Assembly: GCF_000024405.1 (NCBI RefSeq)
Contig: NC_013517.1
Span: 2,757,989 to 2,821,988, forward strand
Length of the DNA stretch: 64,000 bases
Direction: 5' to 3'
Source: Sebaldella termitidis ATCC 33386
GTDB lineage: Bacteria > Fusobacteriota > Fusobacteriia > Fusobacteriales > Leptotrichiaceae
Shown here: positions 30,055-40,075 of the stretch, piece after piece
Position numbering within the stretch: position 1 is the first letter of the stretch
Layout of the letters: every line of letters starts with the position of its first letter
Position numbers and translations under genes: made by a program
The notes under the pieces: model-generated
The model's database searches: none
The model's input: only the letters and a program-made list of their open reading frames with translations
Told to the model about the DNA's origin: nothing

Positions 30055-31085
30055 ATATATTAGTATTAAACGGCAGCCCGAAAGGTGAAAGAAGCAATAC
30101 CGTAAAAATAACAAATGCTTTTTTGGACGGGATAAATACAACACAGGAAAATAATATAAATTTAGTGAATATCAGCCAAAAGAAAATAGAACATTGTCTG
30201 GGCTGCTATATCTGCTGGAAAAAAACTCCCGGTATCTGTATTATTGATGATGATATGTCAGAATTGATAAAAATGTATATTAATTCTGATCTCATAATAT
30301 GGAGCTTTCCGCTTTATTATTTTGGAATGCCTTCGAAAATCAAGGCATTTCTTGACCGTCTCCTACCGACGAGCCTCCCGTCTATTAATATAAAAGAAAA
30401 TCAGAGCTGCGGACACCCGGGCCGTTATGATTTATCACACCAGATGCATCTTCTTATCTCCAGCTGCGGATTTTATTCGGTAAAGGGCAATTATGATGCT
30501 TTATTCAAACAATTTGAAATTATGTTCGGGAAAAAATTAAGCAAAATAATCTGTCCTGAAGGAGAACTGCTCAACGTACCTGAATTATCAGGACGCATTA
30601 ACAGTTATTTATCTGATGTCAGGGCAGCAGGAAAAGAATATTTTCAGCATAAATCATTTTCAGAGGAAACGCTTCATAAATTAGATAAGCTTTTTTATCC
30701 TCCGGAAATCTTTATAAAACTGGCCAATATGAGCTGGGAGCTCGATAATACAGAGGATGGAGATGTGTCGGACACGGACCGTCTGGAACTTTTTCTAAGG
30801 CAGATGGCTGCTTTATGTGATTCAAGTATGTTTATTAAAGATATTGTTTTTGAAATGCACTTTACCGATCTGAATAAAACATATCAGCTTTTACTGGAAA
30901 AGGAAACCTGTACAGTAAAGACCGAAGATTTTCTGCCGTATACTACACGGATCGAAATTCCTTTCACTTTATGGCTTCAGTTTTCAGAGGGAAAAACAAA
31001 CGGCTCAGAATATGAAAAAGACAGTTATAAAGTATTCGGAGATACAGAAATCCTGTTAAAATTAAAGAGCTTTTTTAGTAACTAA
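30051..31085 (+). CDS. iron-sulfur flavoprotein (NADPH-dependent FMN reductase/flavodoxin-like, CxxCxxC) fused to a C-terminal SCP2-like domain
   Basis: ..VLNGSPKGERSNT.. FMN-reductase motif. HCLGCYIC cysteine cluster. ATGA overlap with padR. Confidence 0.65.
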   Translation: MNILVLNGSPKGERSNTVKITNAFLDGINTTQENNINLVNISQKKIEHCLGCYICWKKTPGICIIDDDMSELIKMYINSDLIIWSFPLYYFGMPSKIKAFLDRLLPTSLPSINIKENQSCGHPGRYDLSHQMHLLISSCGFYSVKGNYDALFKQFEIMFGKKLSKIICPEGELLNVPELSGRINSYLSDVRAAGKEYFQHKSFSEETLHKLDKLFYPPEIFIKLANMSWELDNTEDGDVSDTDRLELFLRQMAALCDSSMFIKDIVFEMHFTDLNKTYQLLLEKETCTVKTEDFLPYTTRIEIPFTLWLQFSEGKTNGSEYEKDSYKVFGDTEILLKLKSFFSN

Positions 31086-31217
31086 AATAGTGATATTTCC
31101 ATATTTTATTTATTTTATATCTAAAATTTTTATTCTAAAATCAACAATAAACTTTAAAATTCTGTTTATAAAAAAATCCCGTAATTTTTATCACGGGATT
31201 TTTATCTGTATATATTA

Positions 31218-32783
31218 TTATTTTTTACTATTTTTTGCCAGAATTTTACTTAATTCTTCCAAAATTGCACTTGCACTTTCTTCTGAAATTTTTTCCTGTT
31301 CTTGTTCCTCTTCCTGCACTGCTTCCGGTTCTATTTCCTCTGTTTCGTTATTTTCCGCAGCTGCTTCGGCTTCCTCTTTTTCTTCCAGCTTTTCCATATA
31401 TTCAGGTTCTTTTTTTATTATATTTTCGATATCTACTTTTACTTCCTCCGGAACTTCTTCTTTTACTAAAAATTCAGATTCAGGCTCTTTTTCTTTTTTT
31501 ACCGGTTCTCTGTATGCCGCATTTTCCAAACCACTCATTTCTGCCAGCTTTATATCCTTTATTCCTGCATCCAGAAGCTCTATCCCATACTTTCTTTCCT
31601 CTTTTTTTACTTTTTCCAGAACATATTTTCCTATCTCTATTCTATTTTCCAAAAGGTCTTCCAGATAGTTTACACCCACATATCCTCTTAAGATCATCTG
31701 AACAAGTATATATATCTGGTTCTCTACATTATTTATTTCTTTATAGTTGGTAATAGGATCTACTACTCTGTATTGTGCTATAAAGTTAAACTTCAGCAGC
31801 ACTCTGTCCTTGGTAAGGATTTCCTCACCCTGCATGTCCAGCTGTTTTATTCTCAGATCTACAGGATATACCTCTATTTTCTGATGACCATTCCAAAAAT
31901 AATACACTCCTGATTTTAACGTTTTTCTGTACTGATTATCTATAATCAGCAGACCGGCCTCATAGTCTTTTACTTCATACTTGGTATATACGCCTTCGAG
32001 CTTATCCAGAATATCCAGATACTTTTCATCTATTTCTATTCCGTTATTCAGATCTATTATCTCAAAATAATTATCTTTCAGTTTATTCCAGAAAAGATAG
32101 CTTCCTGCAAGACACTTTCCTTTAAAAAGATCATCCTGATACCAGAGCAAAAGCTCTTTTTCCCTTACTTTTTTTATATCAAAATCATGAATCATTTCAG
32201 GTTCTGTATCAAAGATTTTTTCCATTGTTTCGTCATAAACCATGACCTCTCTCAGGTCTATTTTCTGAAAAGTATTTTTGAAATATTTCTTTGAAGCTGC
32301 GTATGTTCCGCTTTTCAATACTTTTTCATATACTCCGCTTTTAAAATAAAGAGCTATATGATAATCCTCTATTTCTATTATATCAAACATCTCGCCCAGT
32401 TTTGTCTTGGAAAAGACATTTTTTACTTTTTCATCCATTTCAAATGCTGTTTTCAAATCCAGCTTTGCATATGAATTTCTTCCCACGACATTCCAGAATG
32501 CATATTTACCTTCGTAAAAACCGCCTTGGAATATTCCGTCCTTATAATATATTAATATTTCATCTTCCTGAACATCCAAAACCTGCAGTTCCTCAGCCAG
32601 TCTCTCATACTGAAGAAGAAAATCCAGATTTCTCTCAGTTTCAAACAAACCTTCACAAACATATTTTTCATATTTTTTATTTGATAAACGGGAAATTTTA
32701 TAAGTTCCGCTTTTCAGGTATTCCACCAGTCTCTCATTCTTAAATACCAGAACTCTTTCTCCCTCGCCTATTACATATTTCAT
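31218..32783 (-). CDS. SPFH/band-7 domain protein with ~300-aa N-terminal extension of four ~70-aa repeats and an acidic C-terminal tail (paralog of 43118-44617)
   Basis: SPFH core ..ILTKDRVLLKFNFIAQYRVVDPITNYKEINNVENQI.. Repeats ..G.Y..K.L..G.Y.FWN......IDL... ~50% identity to the 499-aa paralog. Confidence 0.7.
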   Translation of the reverse strand: MKYVIGEGERVLVFKNERLVEYLKSGTYKISRLSNKKYEKYVCEGLFETERNLDFLLQYERLAEELQVLDVQEDEILIYYKDGIFQGGFYEGKYAFWNVVGRNSYAKLDLKTAFEMDEKVKNVFSKTKLGEMFDIIEIEDYHIALYFKSGVYEKVLKSGTYAASKKYFKNTFQKIDLREVMVYDETMEKIFDTEPEMIHDFDIKKVREKELLLWYQDDLFKGKCLAGSYLFWNKLKDNYFEIIDLNNGIEIDEKYLDILDKLEGVYTKYEVKDYEAGLLIIDNQYRKTLKSGVYYFWNGHQKIEVYPVDLRIKQLDMQGEEILTKDRVLLKFNFIAQYRVVDPITNYKEINNVENQIYILVQMILRGYVGVNYLEDLLENRIEIGKYVLEKVKKEERKYGIELLDAGIKDIKLAEMSGLENAAYREPVKKEKEPESEFLVKEEVPEEVKVDIENIIKKEPEYMEKLEEKEEAEAAAENNETEEIEPEAVQEEEQEQEKISEESASAILEELSKILAKNSKK

Positions 32784-33042
32784 TCAGTCATACCTCCTTA
32801 CCTTACATCTTCCTATCTATCTAAACTTCTGAATTTACTTTTACAGTCATATAACACCCCAATAATAGCATTTTTTAAGTAAAAAGTAAATTAAATTAAT
32901 GTATTTATTCAAAAAATTGTTGACTTTTTCTATTTCATTCATTATTTTAACTCTATATTTAAATTTAAAATGTTATTATTTAACATAAATTGATAATATT
33001 TATGATATACTATATAAAAATAGCTTTAAAAGGAGTTTGAAA

Positions 33043-34152
33043 ATGAAAAAATTTTTTGTATCCTTATTTTTGTTTTTATTTTTATTTTCATGTGGGAAAA
33101 AAGAGAAAACAATTGAAATAGACAACGAAAATAATTTATCTGATAATATAACCGAGGAAGCACCGGTAGAACAGAAAAAAATAATCACCATTACTGCTGT
33201 TGGAGATATTATGCTGGGAAGCAATTATCCTTCCGATTCGTCACTTCCGCCCGGAAATGAAAATATATTAAAAGATGTAGAAACTTATCTTAAAGATTCT
33301 GATATTACATTCGGAAACCTTGAAGGAACTCTTTTTGACAGTGGCGGAAATCCGAAAAGCTGCTCTGACCCTTCTGTATGTTATGTTTTCAGAACCCCCT
33401 CTTCTTTCGGTCAATACCTGTCAGATGCAGGATTTGATGTAATGAGCATTGCCAATAACCATAACGGGGATTTTGGTCCTGTAGGAAGAGCAGAAACAAA
33501 GGAAAATCTTGATAAACTTGGAATTAAATATGCCGGACTTCTTGGAACTGATGAATTCATTATCTTTGAAAAAGAGGGAATTAAATACGGCTTTGCTGCT
33601 TTTGCACCTAATAACGGTACTGTAAGCATAAACGACATTCCATATGCCGAAAAAATTGTAAAACAACTAAAGGAAAACTCTGATATAGTTATTATCTCTT
33701 TTCACGGCGGTGCTGAAGGCGATCAATTTCAGCATGTTCCCAAAAGAAATGAAATATTTTTCGGTGAGAACAGAGGAGATGTACATGATTTTGCCCGTAA
33801 AATGGTTGATGCGGGTGCCGATATTGTTTTCGGTCATGGTCCGCATGTTATAAGAGCTGTAGAATTATATAATGATAAATTCATATCTTACAGTTCAGGA
33901 AATTTTGCTACTTATGGAAATTTTAGTCTTACAGGTGTGAAAGGAATTTCTCCTATTTTCAAAATAAAGCTGGATGAAAACGGAAATTTTGTAGAAGGAC
34001 AGATTATCTCTACATATCAGGTAAAAGGAAGCGGTCCGAAAATTGATCCTAAAAACAGAGCTCTTCAAAAAATAATTGAGCTTACGGAAAGTGATTTTCC
34101 TGATACTCCTCTTTCATTTACAAGCAAAGGAATTATTACCAGAAAGAAATAA
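33043..34152 (+). CDS. CapA-family (PGA_cap metallophosphatase-like) lipoprotein
   Basis: Lipobox LFLFSCG. ..AVGDIMLG...NLEG...IANNH..HGG.E...GHGPHV metallophosphatase motifs. Confidence 0.75.
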   Translation: MKKFFVSLFLFLFLFSCGKKEKTIEIDNENNLSDNITEEAPVEQKKIITITAVGDIMLGSNYPSDSSLPPGNENILKDVETYLKDSDITFGNLEGTLFDSGGNPKSCSDPSVCYVFRTPSSFGQYLSDAGFDVMSIANNHNGDFGPVGRAETKENLDKLGIKYAGLLGTDEFIIFEKEGIKYGFAAFAPNNGTVSINDIPYAEKIVKQLKENSDIVIISFHGGAEGDQFQHVPKRNEIFFGENRGDVHDFARKMVDAGADIVFGHGPHVIRAVELYNDKFISYSSGNFATYGNFSLTGVKGISPIFKIKLDENGNFVEGQIISTYQVKGSGPKIDPKNRALQKIIELTESDFPDTPLSFTSKGIITRKK

Positions 34153-34166
34153 TTTTCTGACATAAA

Positions 34167-34193
34167 AAAATGAGCAGTAAAGCTCATTTTTAT
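34167..34193. terminator. bidirectional terminator (A7-atgagc-agtaaa-gctcat-T5)
   Basis: Seen directly. Confidence 0.6.
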
Positions 34194-34215
34194 TTTACTC
34201 TGTGAAATTCTCAAA

Positions 34216-34599
34216 TTAATCTTTTCTGTTTCTCAAATCTTCTGTTTTATACACTCCGTTTTTATCTTTAAACTCTGTAATATATGAAGTCTGACACCCT
34301 ATTCCCCACACAGGGTCATTCGGTACAGGTATAAACCAGTCTGTAGGTTCAAAAGTATTTCTGTCTATATTTTTCAAAGCTTTCCCCATATAATAAACAT
34401 AATTTTTGTCTATGCCGAATACATTATCCAGCTCTTTAAAAGTTTCTGTATCTGCTTCTTCCGCTATTTTTCTCTCCCCCAGACCAATATAAACTATTTT
34501 CCCCTTATCAGTACTGTAATGCGGAAAAAAACAGCTTAATGAAAATCCTAATTGAAAAAACATAAATAATCCTGCTAAAATTAATAACTTCTTTTTCAT
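34216..34599 (-). CDS. DKNYY-family secreted protein (paralog of 13351-13755)
   Basis: ..GIDKNYVYYMGKALKNIDRNTFEP...FKDKNGVYKTED. Confidence 0.6.
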   Translation of the reverse strand: MKKKLLILAGLFMFFQLGFSLSCFFPHYSTDKGKIVYIGLGERKIAEEADTETFKELDNVFGIDKNYVYYMGKALKNIDRNTFEPTDWFIPVPNDPVWGIGCQTSYITEFKDKNGVYKTEDLRNRKD

Positions 34600-34757
34600 A
34601 TTATACTTCCTTTCTGTATAAATTTATTTTTTTATTATAAAACTACTTATATCACAGATTTTTTTCAAATCTCTTAACAGTTCTTCCGATCAGATTAGCT
34701 ACAATATTTTTTTATTTGTATTTATAAATTCTGCGACTGATTTTCCTAAAACAAATA

Positions 34758-35495
34758 TTACTGTTCCTCATCTTCATAAGCCATTTTTATATCTATAAAC
34801 TCAATTATAAGACAGCAGATACTGTCATTTTCATCATATCCGAAATAAACAGGATATGTCCCGTCTCCAAAACCGCTTTGAAATATAGGCATATACAGAT
34901 TTGTCCCGGGTACGCACCAATTTATCCAATCTCCGCCGTCACGCTGATATTTTGGATTTTCTTCATAATTCTTTTTAAAAATATCTGCAAAATAATCATC
35001 ATAAATATTTCCTTCCGGATTTTCCTTATGCCAGTTCATAAAAAATTCATCAAAAGCAAGAAGAGTTTCTTTATCAAGAATAGTCCCCAAGCCTGCATCC
35101 ACATTAAAACCGAAATATTCTCCCTCTTCCAGATCCTTTATATCTTCATGTCCCAATAAAGCTTCTCCGAATCTGACAGCTTTATTATCATTGAATTTTA
35201 CTCTGACAGCTGCGTATCTGGCACAATCCTCTTCTGACACAACAACAGCCCCTACTGCTTCAAACTCCCCTGTAGGAACCTTTTCAAAATAAGGCTCTTC
35301 GTCTTTATTAAGATAAACAAGCGGATCTCTTACCAGAATTTCTCCGCTTGGTACAGACACCTTTCCGAAAGAAAGCCAGTCCAGCTTCTGTCCTGCTATT
35401 TCATCAAGTTCAAAGTATTCATTGAGATCATTCGGACCTGAAAGAATATCTCTTTTTTCTTTCCATATTTTCATCCATTCATTAGTTGGTTTCAT
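34758..35495 (-). CDS. DUF4241-domain protein
   Basis: C-terminal ..SGFGDGTYPVYFGYDENDSICCLIIEF.. typical of DUF4241. Confidence 0.55.
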   Translation of the reverse strand: MKPTNEWMKIWKEKRDILSGPNDLNEYFELDEIAGQKLDWLSFGKVSVPSGEILVRDPLVYLNKDEEPYFEKVPTGEFEAVGAVVVSEEDCARYAAVRVKFNDNKAVRFGEALLGHEDIKDLEEGEYFGFNVDAGLGTILDKETLLAFDEFFMNWHKENPEGNIYDDYFADIFKKNYEENPKYQRDGGDWINWCVPGTNLYMPIFQSGFGDGTYPVYFGYDENDSICCLIIEFIDIKMAYEDEEQ

Positions 35496-35513
35496 AATTT
35501 TCTCCTTTTCTGA

Positions 35514-36509
35514 TTATTCTTCTCCCGGTTCCCATTCTTCTATTTTTTGAAATTCTCCGTTTTCATTTCTGATATATGCTGTATTTATTTCTGAGTCTAA
35601 AAAAGGAATAATTTCCATATCATAATTAGCTATTGTATTCAAATGATAAATACCCGAATTATCAGGATTATCCATATATTCGTCACTCTCATCCCCGGCA
35701 GTAAAACGCCATCCGCTGTCTCCGTCAAAATCTGCTTCTTCCCTGTACATATATCCGACTTTTTCCCCGTCAACCGTTATTCTGTCAGTGGCAAAGCACC
35801 CAGCAGCACCTTCATACTGAAGAATATCCCTTATTTCTTCTTTTCTCAGATAAAAATCTTTTTTAGGCTTCCATTCTTTCATATTTTCTCTGTTTATATC
35901 CACAATATGACTAAAATCATCACCGAATAAATCCAAAAGTACCTCGGCATTATTGGCTCTTTTAAATTCCATTTCTTCTTCATAAACCGGAAACATCTGA
36001 TAAAAATTCACTGTTTCTCCGTTTGGCAGAGCCATACTCCCTGCTCTTTCATCATCTGAATAAGGATTCAAAAGTAAAATTCCCGATAAATCAGTATTTT
36101 CAACAAAAGGCTCTCCGTTAGGAATAGTATGTCCCCATCCAAGCCATGTATTTTCCTCTAAAGGAAATCTGGCAAGTATTTTCAGCCATCTTAACGGCCA
36201 ATACCACTCCTCGGCATTATTGTTTATTTCCCAGTCAGACGGAAGTGTTACCATTAATTCTGCTCTTTCCAGCCTGTATTCTTTCAGTCCGTCAGGAATA
36301 TTCATTTTATATGCCCCCATACCCATAGTTACAAGCGTATAAAAATCCCTTCCTTTATCAGGCGGTATTATTGCTATATCCACATGAATATCAGGAGAAA
36401 TCATTTCATGAAATACATTATGAAACTTCCCGAAATATTCTTCGATATGATTTTCCAAAGCTTCTATTTCACTTTCCTCATAAAAAAAACTTTCTTTCTT
36501 ATTTTCCAT
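35514..36509 (-). CDS. SUFU-like (suppressor-of-fused) domain protein with C-terminal DUF2185 domain, predicted immunity-type protein
   Basis: ..HVDIAIIPPDKGRDFYTLVTMGMGAYKM.. SUFU-like. C-terminal ..GYMYREEADFDGDSGWRFTAGDE.. DUF2185-like. Confidence 0.55.
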   Translation of the reverse strand: MENKKESFFYEESEIEALENHIEEYFGKFHNVFHEMISPDIHVDIAIIPPDKGRDFYTLVTMGMGAYKMNIPDGLKEYRLERAELMVTLPSDWEINNNAEEWYWPLRWLKILARFPLEENTWLGWGHTIPNGEPFVENTDLSGILLLNPYSDDERAGSMALPNGETVNFYQMFPVYEEEMEFKRANNAEVLLDLFGDDFSHIVDINRENMKEWKPKKDFYLRKEEIRDILQYEGAAGCFATDRITVDGEKVGYMYREEADFDGDSGWRFTAGDESDEYMDNPDNSGIYHLNTIANYDMEIIPFLDSEINTAYIRNENGEFQKIEEWEPGEE

Positions 36510-36664
36510 AAAAAACCTCTTTATTCTTTTTATTTCTACTATTATAACACAATTATTTTATAAAACAAATTTCATGTCTTCCAGATTATTAAACATATAT
36601 TTTCTATGATTATAAAAAAAACATATCAAAATTTTATTATAATTCTGATATGGTTTCTTATACA

Positions 36665-39600
36665 TTAAAACATTATTTTAAATCCGCCGGTTATTGTCTG
36701 AAGTCTGTCGTCAGAAAGCACTCCGCTTTCATAACCTGCATAAAATGAAAGCTTGTCTTTATATATATACTGCAGATCAACTCCGAGATCCAGATCATTT
36801 CTTTCTGCTGTTCTGTTTTCTATCCCTATCATTCCGACAAAATCTGTCATTGTTATCTGTTTACTGTCATAAGGATCTCCCATTTCATATGTATACAATA
36901 TTCTAGGCTGTATCATAAATTTATGATTATTATTTTGAAATGCCGTAAAATCTGCCCTTACTCCTGCTGCTGCTTTTGCTGAAAAACCGTTATATGAGTC
37001 TGCATTTACTCCTGTCCCTCCTTCTTCACTGTATGCCGACTGCTCTATATAATCAAGTATTATTCCTATTGTTGGTTTTAAGTCAATATAGTTATTTATT
37101 TTCTGTTTATATTCCAGACTGCTGCTTCCGCCCGCGGACCATGAACGGAAATTTCCTGTTAAGGTTGTATTGCTGTTATCATATGTTAGTTTTCTTTCTG
37201 TATCATTATCACTTGTGTTATAGCTTATTACAGATGTCCACTTGAAATTCGGAGTTAATTTCTGCTCGACTGCTCCTGATAATATCCATGTATCTGTAAT
37301 TTGCTGTGATTTTCCATTATCCTTATAGTTATACTCAGCATTTACATATCCAAAAAAAGCTCCTACTGCTGTTTTAGATGTTATTTTCTCCATTCTTCCA
37401 AGAAGAATTCCTGAAGTTCCGCTGTCATAACCCTTTACATTATTATAATTATTCGTATTTGAATTGCTCCCGAATACATTAACATATGTCCCGCTTATAT
37501 TTTCATCTCTTTTATTCAGCATTGTATTCAAACTGTTATTTATCATTTTATTTTGCGTATACTGCTGATAAACCTGATTTCCTGTAAGCGGAGCAGCTGT
37601 TAATTCATCAAAGGCTGTTTCCAGCTGCTCTGCATTCGAAGCCTGCTTTAATGCATTATATACTTTATTTCTTGTTCTATTGCTTTCTGAGCCTTGATAA
37701 TTATCTTCCAGAACCTTACCCAGATCTCCCAGATAAACATCTTGAAAATTCTTTCTTGTAAGAACAATTTTATACCCTTTATCAGTTTTTTCTGTATTTG
37801 CTGTAAAAAGCTCAGCATCAGAAATTATTTTTCCGTCTCCTGTTATCTTCTCTACATTAAGATTATTAATTTCATAAATACTTTTTGAAGAATTAAGCAT
37901 CGCCTGCGAATTTATGTACATATCTGTTTCCAAAACTAAATTATCTGCCTGTATCTTACCGGTTTGACTGTCCATTATAAATTTACTTTCACCATTTATA
38001 TTAATTGTTTTCCCAACTATAGAACCGCTATTTACAAGTGTTGATTTTGAATCAAGAGAATAAAATTTCCCCAATGTGCTTGTATTCTTTTCACCTTTTG
38101 AATCAAAATCGGTATTTTCATATACAACTGTATCTGTTGTAATTCCGTCAGTTAATGTAATTACAGAGTTTGGAGTTAGCGTTATAGTACTGTTTGCTGC
38201 TCTTATACCTATATTATTTTTTCCTTCAAGAATTATTGTGCCGTTATTTATAAAACTTGAGTTTAGCACATTCACTCCTGTTTTATTGTTTCCTGTTAGA
38301 TGAATTATTCCGTTATTCACTCCTGTTGAAGTGCTGTTTATATCCATTCCGTAATTACCTTTATTTTTTATTGTTCCATAATTATATGCTGCTCCGCCGT
38401 TCGCTGCAGCCATCCCTGAATTTCCGCTGTTTTGTATAATTCCATCTGTTTCATTTACTATAACTGAATTTTTATTATTTGCATACATTCCAAAAGATAA
38501 AGTATTTTGTATTATTCCTTTATTATAAGCTGTCCCTCCAGTCACGGCACGTATGCCGTAGTATCCGTCATTTGCTATAACCCCGGTAGCTTCATTTATG
38601 ACTGTACTTCCTGAACCTGTCACGTACATGCCATCCTGATCATTTTTTATCTCACCGTAATTAGTCGCTTTTCCACCCGATTCCGCATACATTCCATAAA
38701 GAGAAGTATTAGCTATGACACCTGTAGCTTCATTAACAGCATGTGATCCGGTCTGTGAAGATGTCATACCATACATTCCTACAGTTTCTATCCTTCCTTT
38801 ATTTATCGCTAAAGCCCCTGATGCTGCCTGCATACCGCCTATATCATACACATATGGTTTTTCCGCTGATCCGTTTTTTATTACTCCGCTGATTTCATTT
38901 ATTGCTGTAGTACCAATACCTTTCGCATACATTCCACGACAATTGGCATTCATTATTAATCCTTGATTTATTATCATTCCAGAATCATCTGCATACATAC
39001 CAAAATATCCGTATCCATATGCTGCCCCGTTACTTATTACTCCGGTACTCTCATTTATTCCTGCGGATCCTGCTCCTGTTACATATATTCCATAATAAGA
39101 AGTATTCTTTACAATTCCCATATTTCTTCCGGTTCCGCCTTCACCAGCATATATCCCAGCAAGTCCGGTATTTTTATCATTTATATCACCATTCTCTATT
39201 ATTCCGCTTTTAGTGTTTATTGCTTCCGAATTTTTTCCATATACCAAAATTCCATAATTTTTACCGTTTTTTATTATTCCGTTATTTTCAAAATATGAAC
39301 CCTCAGATACCTCAACTCCTATATCACCTGAATTTTCTATTACAGAATTATTAATCATTTTGGAAATTCCTGATAATTTTACCCCGGCATTGCTCCCTTT
39401 TATTGTTCCGTTATTTTCAAAATATGCCTCATTTTCTACTAATACTGTATAATCAGAATCGGAGTCAAGAATTTTATTATTATATACAAATGTATTTTTG
39501 TCAGTCATCCATAATGCTTCCTGCCCTAATGAATTAATATCGTCTGACACATTATATTTTAGTATTTCCCCGCTCATATTCTTTTCAGCTTTTACTACAT

Positions 39601-39871
39601 TATTTTGTTTCACTACTGGAAAGGGATCTGAAATTGGCTCCGGAGCTGGTTCCGGCGGGATAACATCAGATTCATCATCTGAATCAGTATTAGAATCCGG
39701 TTCTGAGTCATCATTTTTCTTTTGATAGCTGTCCGCCTTACTTGAAAAGTTTTTAAAATAAGTACCCAGCAGAAGAAATTCATCATTTATCTCCTCTGAT
39801 TTTGCCGTAACACCGCTTGTCAAAAGCATTGCTGTTAATATTAATAATGTTTTTTTATTCCTTTGAAACAT
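36665..39871 (-). CDS. type Va autotransporter (signal peptide, D/E/P-rich linker, ~25-aa G/Y-rich passenger repeats, C-terminal beta-barrel ending ..GGFKIMF)
   Basis: Repeats GVI.N.S.YGMYA..G..A.N.G.I.N. C-terminal alternating hydrophobic barrel strands with terminal F. Confidence 0.8.
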   Translation of the reverse strand: MFQRNKKTLLILTAMLLTSGVTAKSEEINDEFLLLGTYFKNFSSKADSYQKKNDDSEPDSNTDSDDESDVIPPEPAPEPISDPFPVVKQNNVVKAEKNMSGEILKYNVSDDINSLGQEALWMTDKNTFVYNNKILDSDSDYTVLVENEAYFENNGTIKGSNAGVKLSGISKMINNSVIENSGDIGVEVSEGSYFENNGIIKNGKNYGILVYGKNSEAINTKSGIIENGDINDKNTGLAGIYAGEGGTGRNMGIVKNTSYYGIYVTGAGSAGINESTGVISNGAAYGYGYFGMYADDSGMIINQGLIMNANCRGMYAKGIGTTAINEISGVIKNGSAEKPYVYDIGGMQAASGALAINKGRIETVGMYGMTSSQTGSHAVNEATGVIANTSLYGMYAESGGKATNYGEIKNDQDGMYVTGSGSTVINEATGVIANDGYYGIRAVTGGTAYNKGIIQNTLSFGMYANNKNSVIVNETDGIIQNSGNSGMAAANGGAAYNYGTIKNKGNYGMDINSTSTGVNNGIIHLTGNNKTGVNVLNSSFINNGTIILEGKNNIGIRAANSTITLTPNSVITLTDGITTDTVVYENTDFDSKGEKNTSTLGKFYSLDSKSTLVNSGSIVGKTININGESKFIMDSQTGKIQADNLVLETDMYINSQAMLNSSKSIYEINNLNVEKITGDGKIISDAELFTANTEKTDKGYKIVLTRKNFQDVYLGDLGKVLEDNYQGSESNRTRNKVYNALKQASNAEQLETAFDELTAAPLTGNQVYQQYTQNKMINNSLNTMLNKRDENISGTYVNVFGSNSNTNNYNNVKGYDSGTSGILLGRMEKITSKTAVGAFFGYVNAEYNYKDNGKSQQITDTWILSGAVEQKLTPNFKWTSVISYNTSDNDTERKLTYDNSNTTLTGNFRSWSAGGSSSLEYKQKINNYIDLKPTIGIILDYIEQSAYSEEGGTGVNADSYNGFSAKAAAGVRADFTAFQNNNHKFMIQPRILYTYEMGDPYDSKQITMTDFVGMIGIENRTAERNDLDLGVDLQYIYKDKLSFYAGYESGVLSDDRLQTITGGFKIMF

Positions 39872-40075
39872 TTTTTCCTTACACCATCCCGTTCACTTTT
39901 ATTTTTTTATTGTAATATTGTATCAATATCATTTTAAGTTGTCAATCAATTTAATGAAAATAAATTTATTTTATAATTTCAGATAAACGAATACAATTTT
40001 ATAATAATTATAATCAAAAAATTTGCTATAAAATTAAAACTGCCGATTCATAACCGACAGTTTCTGTTGTCTGTT

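Noticed and set aside
31090-31753. 192-aa and 172-aa plus-strand ORFs opposite the SPFH gene tail. Same pattern at 43068-43547 opposite the paralog.
   Set aside because: S/F/L-rich mirror translation of the E/K-rich acidic tail on the other strand. Spurious.
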